Assembly (NCBI GenBank): GCA_964016885.1
Contig: OZ024748.1
Span: 51,088,001-51,152,000, forward strand
DNA length: 64,000 bases
Direction: 5' to 3'
DNA from: Eledone cirrhosa
Taxonomy: Eukaryota
Shown: one piece after another, positions 27,010 through 39,922 of the stretch
Position numbering within the stretch: position 1 is the stretch's first letter
How the letters are laid out: each line of letters starts with the position of its first letter
Notes under the pieces: generated by a model
The model's input: only the letters and a program-made list of their open reading frames with translations
Databases searched by the model: none
What the model was told of the DNA's origin: nothing
Position numbers and translations under genes: made by a program

Positions 27010-27158
27010 ATATTGTTATACTTTGGGAGGGTCATGTTGCCAATAAGAAACACACGCACCAGTTTCTTATTGGCAACATGACCCTCCCAAAGTATAACAA
27101 TATCGGTTTCAACACACGATTTCAGATAAAGAATCTTGCTAAACAAATTCAGAAACGA
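27010..27158 (+). mobile_element. Fold-back family F1, short copy
   Basis: 42-bp arms 27010-27051 / 27062-27103 and the same tail as the 20227 copy. Confidence 0.7.
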
Positions 27159-28671
27159 AATATATATATATGTATGTGTGTGTGTGTATGTGTGTGTGTG
27201 TGTGTGTTATTGAGTGCAAAGTAAGAAGAGAAGTATGAGTAAGAGATGGAAGTAATAAAAAGATGTCAACATGCACAGGTCAGGAACATGCTTGTTTTTA
27301 TTTGGGTGTCGGGGAGTTTTGTAATCCTCTCTATCAATTCCAATATCAGGAAAATGAGTACATTAACTCTGTTTTTCTTCTTATTATTATAATTCTTCTC
27401 CACACTCCACCCTTTCCCCTTATCGTTTTCTCCATCACATTTTGTTTGTGGTGAAGATGGAGACATACACCATAGCATAGAGAGACAACACTTAATTGAA
27501 ATTAATTTTAGTCACCCTTCTAAACCACACCAACCCTCCCATGAGCAACAAAACAAACAATAAGCAAAGCTAAGGAATAAATAAGACAAGAAATAAAATC
27601 CGAGAAACATTGCTCTAATTACAACTTAATCAGGCTATGAAAATAGCTAATTACACAGTTTAAGCAAATATTTGCATTGGTAATCGAGTATTTCTTGCCA
27701 AGGAAATTCAAAATTTGTTTATTTAAAAATTTTTTTTTTTTTTTTAGATGGATGAGGGATTTTTTAATTTTAATTATTTGATTTTATTTTTGTAAAGGAA
27801 TGTTCTTTTCTGTTTTCACCTCTTTCTTTTATTCTTCGTTATTTTCTTTCACTTTAATTTATTCAATTATTTACTTATTTAATTATCAATATTTTTATCA
27901 TTAACATCATAAAATATTATTATTATAATTATTATTTTAAAATATTTGTAAGCAATATCTTTTTTACATATCATCATCATCCATCAGTACTAATATTATT
28001 TATGTTGTTGTTGCTGTTGTTGTTATCATCGTTATCATTATTATTATTCAAAAATTAAAATCTAAAGAAAACGATCACGAATATTTAATTTAAAAAACTG
28101 AAAAATTTAATAAAAATGAATTCATTAATGTTGTTGATGTTGTTGGTTTTGTTCTTATTTGTTGTTGTTATTATATTCATGGACTTCAAATATTTGCTAA
28201 TATATTCTGCTACTTAATATTCGTAATGAAATTTTTCTATTTGTATTTAAAGATAACAAAATAGATTCAGCTACCTTTCTATAAAAGAAAATATTTATGG
28301 AAACCTAAAAGTTTATATACATACACACCCACATACATATACATATATATATATATGTGGGTGTGGGTGTGTGTGTGTGTATGTCTGCAGTATATACTTA
28401 ATTCCTAAGTAGTAAGTAGTAAAGAAAATAAATATTGATATATAGACGAAATGAACTATCTCTGATAAAGATATTAAGATTATGTGACAATCATTCATTT
28501 TTCAAATCTGAAATATTGGCTTATCATAGTATATCAAATATATATTAATAATGAATTAAATACCAGTATTTTTATCGTTAAGTAATAATATTAGGATATT
28601 ATAAGGAGCAATTTGAGACTAAACATTGAAACAGTGGGTCTGTTTCTTTTTCTTCTTCAAAGTTGTATTCA

Positions 28672-29500
28672 GAATTGTTTCTACATTTGGCACAAGGCCA
28701 TCAATCACCCAGTACATTACTGGTACTTTATTTTATCGACTACGTAAGGATGAAAGGCAAAGTTAACCTCGGCGGGATTTGAGCTCAGATCGTAAAGGGA
28801 CATAACTATGATTTAAAGCATGGCGTCCGGCCCTCTACCAATACTGCCAATCCACCACCCAAAGTTGTATTCATAATATCTCAAGTATATATTATTTTTA
28901 TTGTGAAAAATTCAAAATGTATATGTACCAATCAGTTTCTTTATAATCATTATTATTATTACAGTACTTCAAATCCCGCCGAGGTTAACTTTGCCTTTCA
29001 TCCTTTCGGGGTCGATAGAATAAAGTACCAGTAATGTACTGGGTAATTGCTGGCCTTGTGCCAAAAGTAGAAACAATTATTATTACAGTATTGGTAGAGG
29101 GTTGGACACCATGCTTTGCATCATATAGTTACAGCCCCTTACATTCTGAATTCAAATCCTTACGCGATCGATAAAATAAAGTACCAGTCATGCACTGGGG
29201 TTGATTTAATCGATTCTCCCCCTCCCCCAGCATTGCTGGCCTTGTGCCTAAATCAAAAACCATTATTATTATTATTACTTGGATTGGCAGTATCGGAAGA
29301 GCATCAGACACCATGCTTCACGGCATAGAGTTACGGCCCTTTATGTTCTGAGTTCAAATCCTACGGAGGTTAGCTTTGCCTTTCATCCTCTCAGGGTTGA
29401 TAAAATAAAGTACAGATCAATTATTGGGGTCGATATAATCAACTTTCCCTTTCCCCAAAATTACTGGCTTTGCACCTAAATGAGAAACAATAATTATTAA
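28672..29500. mobile_element. SINE-A cluster: 28672-28860 (-), 28967-29082 (+, truncated), 29086-29275 (+), 29280-29500 (+)
   Basis: Homology to other copies; the first has TSD aaagttgtattca (28659, 28861). Confidence 0.85.
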
Positions 29501-30049
29501 AGGGTTCAATAATATAAAGTACCAGTAAACATACAGAGGTCGATATAATAAACCGAAAAACTGTTGGCATTGTGCTTAAACGAGAAACCATTATTAATAT
29601 CATTGTTGTTGTTGTTGTTGCTGTTTTGGTCATAGGTCTGCTCAATTGTGACTGGGGTGGGGTTAAACAACAACAACAATACTTCAAAATATGTAAATTT
29701 TTACATTTACATGCCGCCTTATTAGATGAGTACAAACTGATTAAAACAGTTTCATCATTTCTCCATTTTTTGTTAAAGTATTTCTTAAGTACACTTGTTT
29801 TACTTTTATTATCTACAAAGAAGCTAGTCTTCACTTAATCTATGTAATTAGCTATTTTCCTAGCTTGATTAAGTTGTAATTAGAGAATTTTTCTTAGATT
29901 ATAATTTTGTTTTATTTTTTCGGTTCTGGAATGACTGATGGTAAGGAAAGCATGTGTCCCCTATTAAGGGAGTTTTCTTACATTAAATCTTTATGTTGAT
30001 CAGTTGTTGACTATATTACCAATATTTAAATGTTCACTAAAAATATAAT

Positions 30050-31096
30050 AATACCTAGATTTGGCACGAGGTGAGTAATTTTAAAGGAGGGGAAAGCCAA
30101 TGAAATCAATCCCAGTACTTGACTGATACTTTATTTGATTGACCCCAGGAAAATGAAAAGCAGCATAGCTTTCAGTATGATTTGAACATGGAATGTAGAA
30201 AGGTGAAACTAAATACCACAAAGCATTTTGTCCAATTCTCTTCTGATACTAATAACCCACACCCTGATGCTGATTATAACAATTGTTTCTGATTTAGACA
30301 GAAAGCTGGTAATTTGGAGGGGCTGGATAAGTTGATTAAGTTGACCCCAGTGCATTGCTGGTGCTTTATTTTATTGACCCTGGAACAATGAATGGCAAAG
30401 TTGATCTTTGCAGGATTAGAATTTTGATGTCAATAAACTAGAGTAAATATTGCAAGGAATTTTAACTGATGCACCACCAATTCTGCTGTTGACAACAACA
30501 AAAACTATAATAATAATAATAATAATACAAATAAAAATAATAATAGTGATAATGGTAATAGTAACAATAGTGTTGATAATTAATTAACTAAATAAAAAAG
30601 CAAAGAAAAATGTAAAAACTTTTAAAATAAACATAAAAAAAAAAACAGTAAAATAATCTAGTTTCATCAAACTCGAGCAGCAGATTTTGTTTCCTTGGCA
30701 AGAAAATTAAGATTAGCATTGCAAATATTTCCTTAAACTGTGTAATTGACTATCTTCATTGGCTAATTAAGATGTAATTATACCATTTATTCATATATGT
30801 TCTCTCTTATTATCATTATTAGAAATCATCATAATTATTTTTATTATTATTATTATTATTATCATCATCATCATCACTAGGGCGGTGGATTGGCAGTATC
30901 GTTAGAGCGCAGGACAACATGCTTTGCAGCATAGAATTACACCCCTTTACGTTCTGAGTTAAAATCCTGCTGAGGTTAGCTTTACCTTTCATCCTGATGG
31001 GGTCTATAAAATAAAGCACCAGTAAGTACTGATTCAATCAACTTTCCCCTCCCCTTCAAATTGCTGGCCTTGTGCCTAAAGTAGAAACAATTATTA
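30050..31096. mobile_element. Two diverged SINE-A-like copies (-; ~30050-30260, ~30275-30490) and one long-variant copy (+; 30879-31096)
   Basis: Recognisable body motifs (ccagtacttgactgatactttattt, gatttgaac) and an intact head agggcggtggattggcagtatc in the last copy. Confidence 0.75.
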
Positions 31097-31849
31097 TCAT
31101 CATCACTATTAGTTTGCTATCTTCAGGTTTGTTATATTTTAACTAAAAATCTCTCCAGCATTAGCCCCACATTCTCTAACTTTATTTCAACAATGATTGA
31201 TTTATGAAGTAAAAACAAAAATAATCTAGAATCCAGGAAAAGAGAAAACGTGTGAAAGATTGCAATGAAAAAATAACTTAGTTAATAAAATTCTTGAAAA
31301 TAAAATAAGACTGTGTGCTGCGTGAAAATTTATGTATCAAAGAAGGGCAGTGAATGAAACATCAGATTACACCTATTTTCACTGAGCATAAATATATAAT
31401 CATGTGCTGTGAAAGTATATGTACAAATAAAAGTCACAACCTCCTGAGATCTTCCTAAAATGCATCTCTGTTCACAGTATACTAACTGAAAATGGCATTC
31501 TGTGTGAAGATTTCTGTACCAAAGAAAGTCACTGCCTCCTAAGATGTCAAAAGGCATCTCTTTTCACAGGCCAATAACTAAAGATAGTGTGCTGTGTGAA
31601 AGTTCATGTATTGAATAAAATTCATACCTTCTAAAGTATCAGAATTCCCCTTTCTTTACACCCCACTAACTGAAGAACCAATGAAGAGAACACTACCAGC
31701 TCACTAACCTTGCTTGAAATAGCAGTAAAACCTCACTCAAATCATACTTTATTATCTTAAATATAAAAGAAAGACATTTAACATGATGTATAATGTTTAG
31801 AAATTATGATATGGACATAGCAGAATCAGATCACACTGAGCCAACATGC

Positions 31850-32480
31850 TAAACAAAATGGTGGTGGAATCAACTGTCTGTATGTTGATAATAAATGTAA
31901 GCCTGTATGCAAGATTTGACAAACAACTGAACATCAAATTAGATACGATATACAAATTTGGTAGAGAAATTGGTATGAAACAGTGTTGAGAAAACTGCAA
32001 TGATGCTGAAGAGAGAAACTGTGATAAAATTCAGTAATATCATGTTAGATAAAGAAAGAGCAGCAAGAATATTTGACAAATACTTAAGAAGTAGTGAGAA
32101 AACACAAATGAATGAAAAAGCCAAGGACGGAATATTATAGATGCATCAAATTTAGACTTAAAACTAAATTAAGTGCTAAAAGTAAGATGTAATTTTCACT
32201 ACCCAAGCTGTCTATGTAATAAGTTACTGTTATAATATTCTCAACTGGAAGTTAAGTGAATAAGCAAGACTAAATTGTTGGACAAACAAAGAAAATAATG
32301 ACAGCAATTAGAGTGCACCACCTAAACATATAGAAAAGTGTTATTATTCACTAAAACATAAGCAGATGTCCCTACATTTAGAAAATCATTATAACAAATC
32401 TACTGAAAGAATACAAAGTATTTATCTAAAATTATATGGGCACTAGTACTTTAAATTTGGCTAGAAAATTTTAACAAGAC
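31850..32480 (+). mobile_element. Decayed R4/Dong-like non-LTR reverse-transcriptase fragment
   Basis: Frameshifted translation INCLYVDN..LYARFDKQLNIKLDTIYKFGREIGMK..MLKRE..KYL..LKTKLSAKSK..ILNWK.SE..KIMT..HH follows the motif order I recall for R4/Dong RTs (YMDDLKLYA, FSxDIGM, KRGK, YKYLG, RKxLT..HHP). May continue past the (TA)n to ~32950. Confidence 0.65.
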
Positions 32481-32531
32481 AAAACAATGAGAGAATGACA
32501 CAGACACAAAAACATATACACATACATACGA

Positions 32532-32562
<31 letters not shown>

Positions 32563-32600
32563 TATACAAATATATATATATATTTATGTATGTATTTATA

Positions 32601-32674
<74 letters not shown>

Positions 32675-32685
32675 ATATATATATA

Positions 32686-32766
<81 letters not shown>

Positions 32767-33183
32767 AGGATGAGTTAAATAAGCAGTTGTGTGAAAAGTA
32801 GAAAAGCGATAACAAAAGCTGTATATAAACATTAAAATAGTTGAGAAAATGTGGACTTTGAAGAAATTGGTGATGGTATATGTCATTATCAAGATTATTC
32901 AACAGGAGAGTTCCATAGCAAGCTATGACTAGTTCAATAACTGTGAAGAGTGCTAAGTCTAATGTTTTGGATCTTTGATCTACATTTAAAAGTGAGGAAA
33001 TGTTATTCTCTCAAACTGCAGATATTGTCATTCTGTATTGCTGAAATCTTTGACATATTCTACACTGTTCTGTCTGTTTGTTTCCATTTCTGTGTGTGCA
33101 TATGTGCATGGAATTATTTCTACAGAGTACATACTCTACAATACATTCACTTTATCAACTGGTGATTGGTATTTTCCTACAAT

Positions 33184-33406
33184 ATTTAGCATTTGCATTA
33201 TTCTATATTTACTATTGTATTTTTGTGGTAAAGGCTTTATCTTACATAATTATCTCACATAATATCGAATATACAAGATATTGATGTTATTTGTTTTGGG
33301 AACACTACCTTAATGTCATCATGAGCAGCCAGTTACAGCTAGTTTGAACAGAAAGAAGTGAGAGAATTCTGGCCAGATATGGTGGGTTTAAATACTAAAG
33401 GGTTAA
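33184..33406 (+). mobile_element. piggyBac-type MITE copy (left end eroded)
   Basis: Homologous to 52472-52692; ends aaaggg|TTAA. Confidence 0.7.
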
Positions 33407-33605
33407 GCTCTCCATTCACAGCAAACAATTTTAATGAGAAGAGGATGTTTGGCTTATGCTGACCAACATCATAGCAAGGTTTTATCTTTCTGCTCTTTTC
33501 TCTCATCCATATAATATCACCAAATAAGAATTTACCATCATCACATCATCATTACCCAAAAGAAACACACTTTGATTGGACAATCAAATATATATATATA
33601 CACAC

Positions 33606-34000
33606 ATGGAGGCACATGGCTTAGTGGTTAGAGCATTGGCCTTGCAATCGAAAGGTTGTCAGTTCAATTCTCAGACCGGGTGATGTGTTGTTTCCTTGAT
33701 CAAGACACTTTATTTCACATTGCTCCAGTTTACTCAGCTGTAGAAATGAGATGATAGGGACAGGGTTCCATATCATTCCACTGCAAAGTGGTCGTGGAGG
33801 TGCCACGGCTAAAAAGCACCCAGCCCACACTGTAAAGTTGACGTGTAGGCGTCACGGAAAAAAAGCACCCAGCACTCACTGTAAATGAGGTTGGTGTTAG
33901 GAAGGGCATCCAGCTGTAGAAATCAAGCCAGAATCAGTTCCCGTCCCACCCTTGCAAGCAGGGAGAAGCGGACATAAAATGAAATGATGATGATGATGAT
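33606..34000 (+). mobile_element. SINE-B, full length
   Basis: ggaggcacatggcttagtggttagagc head, B box gttcaattc, CORE-like domain, two tandem units, tail cccacccttgcaagcagggagaagcggac and (GAT)n. Confidence 0.9.
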
Positions 34001-34598
34001 ATTTGTATACTCTTTTACTCTTTTACCTGTTTCAGCCATCCGGCTGAGGCCATGCTGGGGCACCGCCCTTGGTATGTATATATTTGTATGTATATATATA
34101 TATACACGCATATATGCATGTGTGTGTGATTTGAATTTCCATTTCATCCAATGGTGAGTGTTCTACCTGTTCGAAAAAGAGAAGAGCATGTTTGCAAAAT
34201 TGATGTGTTAGTGGCTGAGCATTCCACAGCCAAATACACTGTCAATATAGTTCTGAAGGTGATTGAGCTTGACAGTGTTTGACAAGGTTAAACGTTTGTA
34301 TCACAGGTATATCTCTTTTTATCCAGCTGTGTAGACTGGTGTTTTAAGAAGGAAAGAGACTTCCTCAAGGAAACAAAATGCCACCAGATATAAGACTAAC
34401 AACATTAGGATTGGGTAGCCCTTATACACCCTAACCACTATACCATACACATTCATACACACACAATTACACACACACACAATTACACACACAAACATAG
34501 CTCTTTACAATACATAGAGTGATCTTTTTCCTTGATCTATTCTTAGGAATCTCTTGGCACTATATATATATATATTGAGAAAATGAGAGAGATATGCA

Positions 34599-34648
<50 letters not shown>

Positions 34649-34692
34649 AATGAGTGTATATATATATATGAGTGTGTGTGCTTATGTGTGTG

Positions 34693-34771
<79 letters not shown>

Positions 34772-34830
34772 GTATATATATATGTGTGTGAATGAGTGTA
34801 TATATATATATATATGAGTGTGTGTGCTTA

Positions 34831-34872
<42 letters not shown>

Positions 34873-35071
34873 TACACAATGCTGACAAATGAAGCTACCA
34901 TGCTGCCAATATCTATGTCATGATAACAGTCTATAATTATTTCTAGTAATGAACATATATAATTAGGATTGTCTTTCCTTGCGTGTCGTTGCTGCAATGT
35001 TGCAGGCGCTGATTGTAATGGGTTGAGAGCATGGTGAGGGGCACTGCTAGAATCTGTCTAATTTATATTAA

Positions 35072-35840
35072 CCCTTTTAATACCAAATTACCTGAAACTA
35101 GCCTTGGTTCTATGATACAAATCTATTTATTTTAAGGGTTTCATATTTATCTAGAACCTTCCATCATAATTGTATGTAAAAATATCTATTTACTGTTATA
35201 CATTGAGAGAGTCATGCTGCTGAGAACAAGACATACATCAATTGAGTTTCACTTCCTTTTATTATGATTTTCTTTTGGTTAGTTTAATAACTGGATGGTT
35301 GTTTAGTTGTTAATTATCAATACTGTTTTGTCACACATTATGTGACCTCTTCAGTGACTACATTTCTTACTTTGTGTCTCCTCTTTGTTCTGTTTTACCA
35401 CATCTTGTGTTTATGCGATGTGCAGCATGACCCTCCCAAATTATAATAATATTTGTTTCAAGGTACATTTTCACATGAAAATTTTGCAAAACAAATACAA
35501 ATATATTTATTTAGTTAAATTCCAAACAACAGTTTAATCATGAGAAACGTAGTTATATCACTAAATTCCTCTAAATTCTTTATTATTTTTATGATCATGG
35601 ATTGGCAGTATCGGTAGAGAGTCGGACGCCATGCTTTCCAGCACAGTTACGTCCCTCTACGGTCTGAGTTCAAATCCCGCCGAGGTTAACTTTGCCTTTC
35701 ATCCTTACGGGGTCGATAAAATAAAGTACCAGTAATGTACTGGGTAATTGCTGGCCTTCTGCCAAAAGTAGAAACAGTTATTTTTATGATCATTTGAAAC
35801 ATGTAGAGAAGCATCTTTCCTTAGAATGGTAGCAAAATGG
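35072..35840. mobile_element. piggyBac-type MITE with nested F1 fold-back element (~35190-35505) and SINE-A (35597-35780)
   Basis: TTAA|cccttttaatacca ... tggtagcaaaatgg|TTAA (11/14 TIR match); uninterrupted reverse relative at ~58695-58928; SINE TSD ttattttt(t)atgatcat. Confidence 0.6.
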
Positions 35841-35870
35841 TTAAACAGTTCCAAATAACAAATATGAGAG

Positions 35871-38800
35871 CAACAACAATGTCAATGAGAGTAGAAGCAT
35901 CACAACAACAATGACAATGAGAGTAGAAGCATCACAACACCAATGTCAATGAGAGTAGAAGCATCACAACAACAATGTCAATGAGAGTAGAAGCATCACA
36001 ACAACAATGACAATGAGAGTAGAAGCATCACAACAACAATGTCAATGAGAGTAGAAGCATCACAACACAATGTCAATGACATTAGAAGCATCACAACAAC
36101 AATGTCAATGAGAGTAGAAGCATCACAACAACAATGTCAATGAGAGTAGAAGCATCACAACAACAATGACAATGAGAGTAGAAGCAACACAACAACAATG
36201 TCAATGAGAGTAGAAGCATCACGACAACAATGACAATGAGAGTAGAAGCATCACAACACAATGTCAATGACATTAGAAGCATCACAACAACAATGTCAAT
36301 GAGAGTAGAAGCATCACAACAACAATGTCAATGAGAGTAGAAGCATCACAACAACAATGTCAATGAGAGTAGAAGCAACACAACAACAATGTCAATGAGA
36401 GTAGAAGCATCACAACAACAATGTCAATGAGAGTAGAAGCATCACAACAACAATGTCAATGAGAGTAGAAGCATCACAACAACAATGTCAATGAGAGTAG
36501 AAGTATCACAACAACAATGTCAATGAGAGTAGAAGCATCACAACAACAATGACAATGAGAGTAGAAGCATCACAACAACAATGTCAATGAGAGTAGAAGC
36601 ATCACAACAACAATGTCAATGAGAGTAGAAGCATCACAACAACAATGTCAATGAGAGTAGAAGCATCACAACAACAATGTCAATGAGAGTAGAAGCATCA
36701 CAACAACAATGTCAATGAGAGTAGAAGCATCACAACAACAATGACAATGAGAGTAGAAGCATCACAACACCAATGTCAATGAGAGTAGAAGCATCACAAC
36801 AACAATGTCAATGAGAGTAGAAGCATCACAACAACAATGACAATGAGAGTAGAAGCATCACAACAACAATGTCAATGAGAGTAGAAGCATCACAACAACA
36901 ATGTCAATGAGAGTAGAAGCATCACAACAACAATGTCAATGAGAGTAGAAGCATCACAACAACAATGACAATGAGAGTAGAAGCATCACAACACCAATGT
37001 CAATGAGAGTAGAAGCATCACAACAACAATGTCAATGAGAGTAGAAGCATCACAACAACAATGTCAATGCGAGTAGAAGCATCACAACAACAATGTCAAT
37101 GAGAGTAGAAGTATCACAACAACAATGTCAACGAGAGTAGAAGCATCACAACAACAATGTCAATGAGAGTAGAAGCATCACAACAACAATGACAATGAGA
37201 GTAGAAGCATCACAACAACAATGTCAATGAGAGTAGAAGCATCACAACAACAATGTCAATGCGAGTAGAAGCATCACAACAACAATGTCAATGAGAGTAG
37301 AAGTATCACAACAACAATGTCAACGAGAGTAGAAGCATCACAACAACAATGTCAATGAGAGTAGAAGCATCACAACAACAATGACAATGAGAGTAGAAGC
37401 ATCACAACAACAATGTCAATGAGAGTAGAAGCATCACAACAACAATGTCAATGCGAGTAGAAGCATCACAACAACAATGTCAATGAGAGTAGAAGCATCA
37501 CAACAACAATGTCAATGAGAGTAGAAGCATCACAACAACAATGTCAATGCGAGTAGAAGCATCACAACAACAATGTCAATGAGAGTAGAAGCATCACAAC
37601 AACAATGTCAACGAGAGTAGAAGCATCACAACAACAATGTCAATGAGAGTAGAAGCATCACAACAACAATGTCAACGAGAGTAGAAGCATCACAACAACA
37701 ATGACAATGAGAGTAGAAGCATCACAACAACAATGTCAACGAGAGTAGAAGCATCACAACAACAATGTCAACGAGAGTAGAAGCATCACAACAACAATGT
37801 CAATGCGAGTAGAAGCATCACAACAACAATGACAATGAGAGTAGAAGCATCACAACAACAATGTCAACGAGAGTAGAAGCATCACAACAACAATGTCAAC
37901 GAGAGTAGAAGCATCACAACAACAATGTCAATGAGAGTAGAAGCATCACAACAACAATGTCAATGAGAGTAGAAGCATCACAACAACAATGTCAATGAGA
38001 GTAGAAGCATCACAACAACAATGTCAATGAGAGTAGAAGCATCACAACAACAATGTCAATGAGAGTAGAAGCATCACAACAACAATGTCAATGAGAGTAG
38101 AAGCATCACAACAACAATGTCAATGAGAGTAGAAGCATCACAACAACAATGTCAATGAGAGTAGAAGCATCACAACAACAATGTCAATCAGAGTAGAAGC
38201 ATCACAACAACAATGTCAATGAGAGTAGAAGTATCACAACAACAATGTCAATGAGAGTAGAAGCATCACAACAACAATGTCAATGAGAGTAGAAGCATCA
38301 CAACAACAATGTCAATGAGAGTAGAAGTATCACAACAACAATGTCAATGAGAGTAGAAGCATCACAACAACAATGTCAATGAGAGTAGAAGCATCACAAC
38401 AACAATGTCAATGAGAGTAGAAGTATCACACCAACAATGTCAATGAGAGTAGAAGCATCACAACAACAATGTCAATGAGAGTAGAAGTATCACAACAACA
38501 ATGTCAATGAGAGTAGAAGCATCACAACAACAATGACAATGAGAGTAGAAGCATCACAACAACAATGACAATGAGAGTAGAAGCATCACAACACCAATGT
38601 CAATGAGAGTAGAAGCATCACAACACCAATGTCAATGAGAGTAGAAGTATCACACCAACAATGTCAATGAGAGTAGAAGCATCACAACAACAATGTCAAT
38701 GAGAGTAGAAGTATCACAACAACAATGTCAATGAGAGTAGAAGCATCACAACAACAATGACAATGAGAGTAGAAGCATCACAATAACAATGACAATGAGA

Positions 38801-39272
38801 GTAGAAGCATCACAACACCAATGTCAATGAGAGTAGAAGCATCACAACACCAATGTCAATGAGAGTAGAAGCATCACAACAACAATGTCAATGAGAGTAG
38901 AAGCATCACAACAACAATGACAATGAGAGTAGAAGCATCACAATAACAATGACAATGAGAGTAGAAGCATCACAACACCAATGTCAATGAGAGTAGAAGC
39001 ATCACAACACCAATGTCAATGAGAGTAGAAGCATCACAACAACAATGTCAATGAGAGTAGAAGCATCACAACAACAATGTCAATGAGAGTAGAAGCATCA
39101 CAACACCAATGTCAATGAGAGTAGAAGCATCACAACACCAATGTCAATGAGAGTAGAAGCATCACAACAACAATGTCAATGAGAGTAGAAGCATCACAAC
39201 ACCAATGTCAATGAGAGTAGAAGCATCACAACAACAATGTCAATGAGAGTAGAAGCATCACAACAACAATGA
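35871..39272. repeat. 32-bp minisatellite, roughly 105 copies
   Basis: Unit caatgtcaatgagagtagaagcatcacaacaa, head-to-tail with no spacers. Confidence 0.97.
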
Positions 39273-39424
39273 CAACAATAGCAACAAAGATATTAACAAT
39301 AATAATGTTGACAAGTGCAACAAGATTAGTAATAGTGCAAACTTGGTAACAACAGGTATAATAATAGTACTAACAAGAACAACAACAACAATGACATCAA
39401 CAATAAGAGTGACAACATGAGTAG

Positions 39425-39922
39425 TAATAATTGTTTCTACTTTTGGCACAAGGCCAGCAATTAACCAGTGTATTACTGGTACTTTATTTTATCGACCCCA
39501 TAAAGATGACAGGCAAAGTTAACCTCGGCGGGATTTGAACTCAGAATGGAAAGGGCCGTAACTCTATGCGTCAAAGCATGGTGTCCGACCCTCTACTGAT
39601 ACTGCCAATCCACTGCCCTGAACATGAATAGTAACAATACAACCTTAATAACAACAACAACCAGAACAACATTGCTTCTAGCAATAATAATTGTTTCTAC
39701 TTTTGGCACAAGGCCAGCAATTACCAAGTGTATTACTGGTACTTTATTTTATCGACCCCTTCATCCTTAAGGGGGTCGATAAAATAAAGTACTATGGCTT
39801 CTAGCAATAATAATTGTTTCTACTTTAGGCACAAGGCCAGCAATTACTCAGTGTATTACTTGTACTTTATTTTATCGACCCAGTAAGGATGAAAGGCAAA
39901 GTCAGCTTCTAGCAATAATAAT
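39425..39922 (-). mobile_element. Three SINE-A insertions (one full, two truncated, one with an inverted duplication)
   Basis: gcttctagcaataataat occurs at 39674, 39797 and 39905, bracketing the two truncated copies. Confidence 0.85.

Noticed and set aside
31330-31557. C2H2 zinc-finger array
   Set aside because: Repeat period is 87-95 bp rather than 84 bp, with no CxxC..HxxxH or TGEKP linker.
33606-33680. tRNA gene
   Set aside because: A/B boxes belong to a SINE head that continues into a repeated body; no complete cloverleaf.
35871-39272. CRISPR-like array (32-bp repeat)
   Set aside because: Units are contiguous with no unique spacers, there are no cas genes, and the context is eukaryotic.
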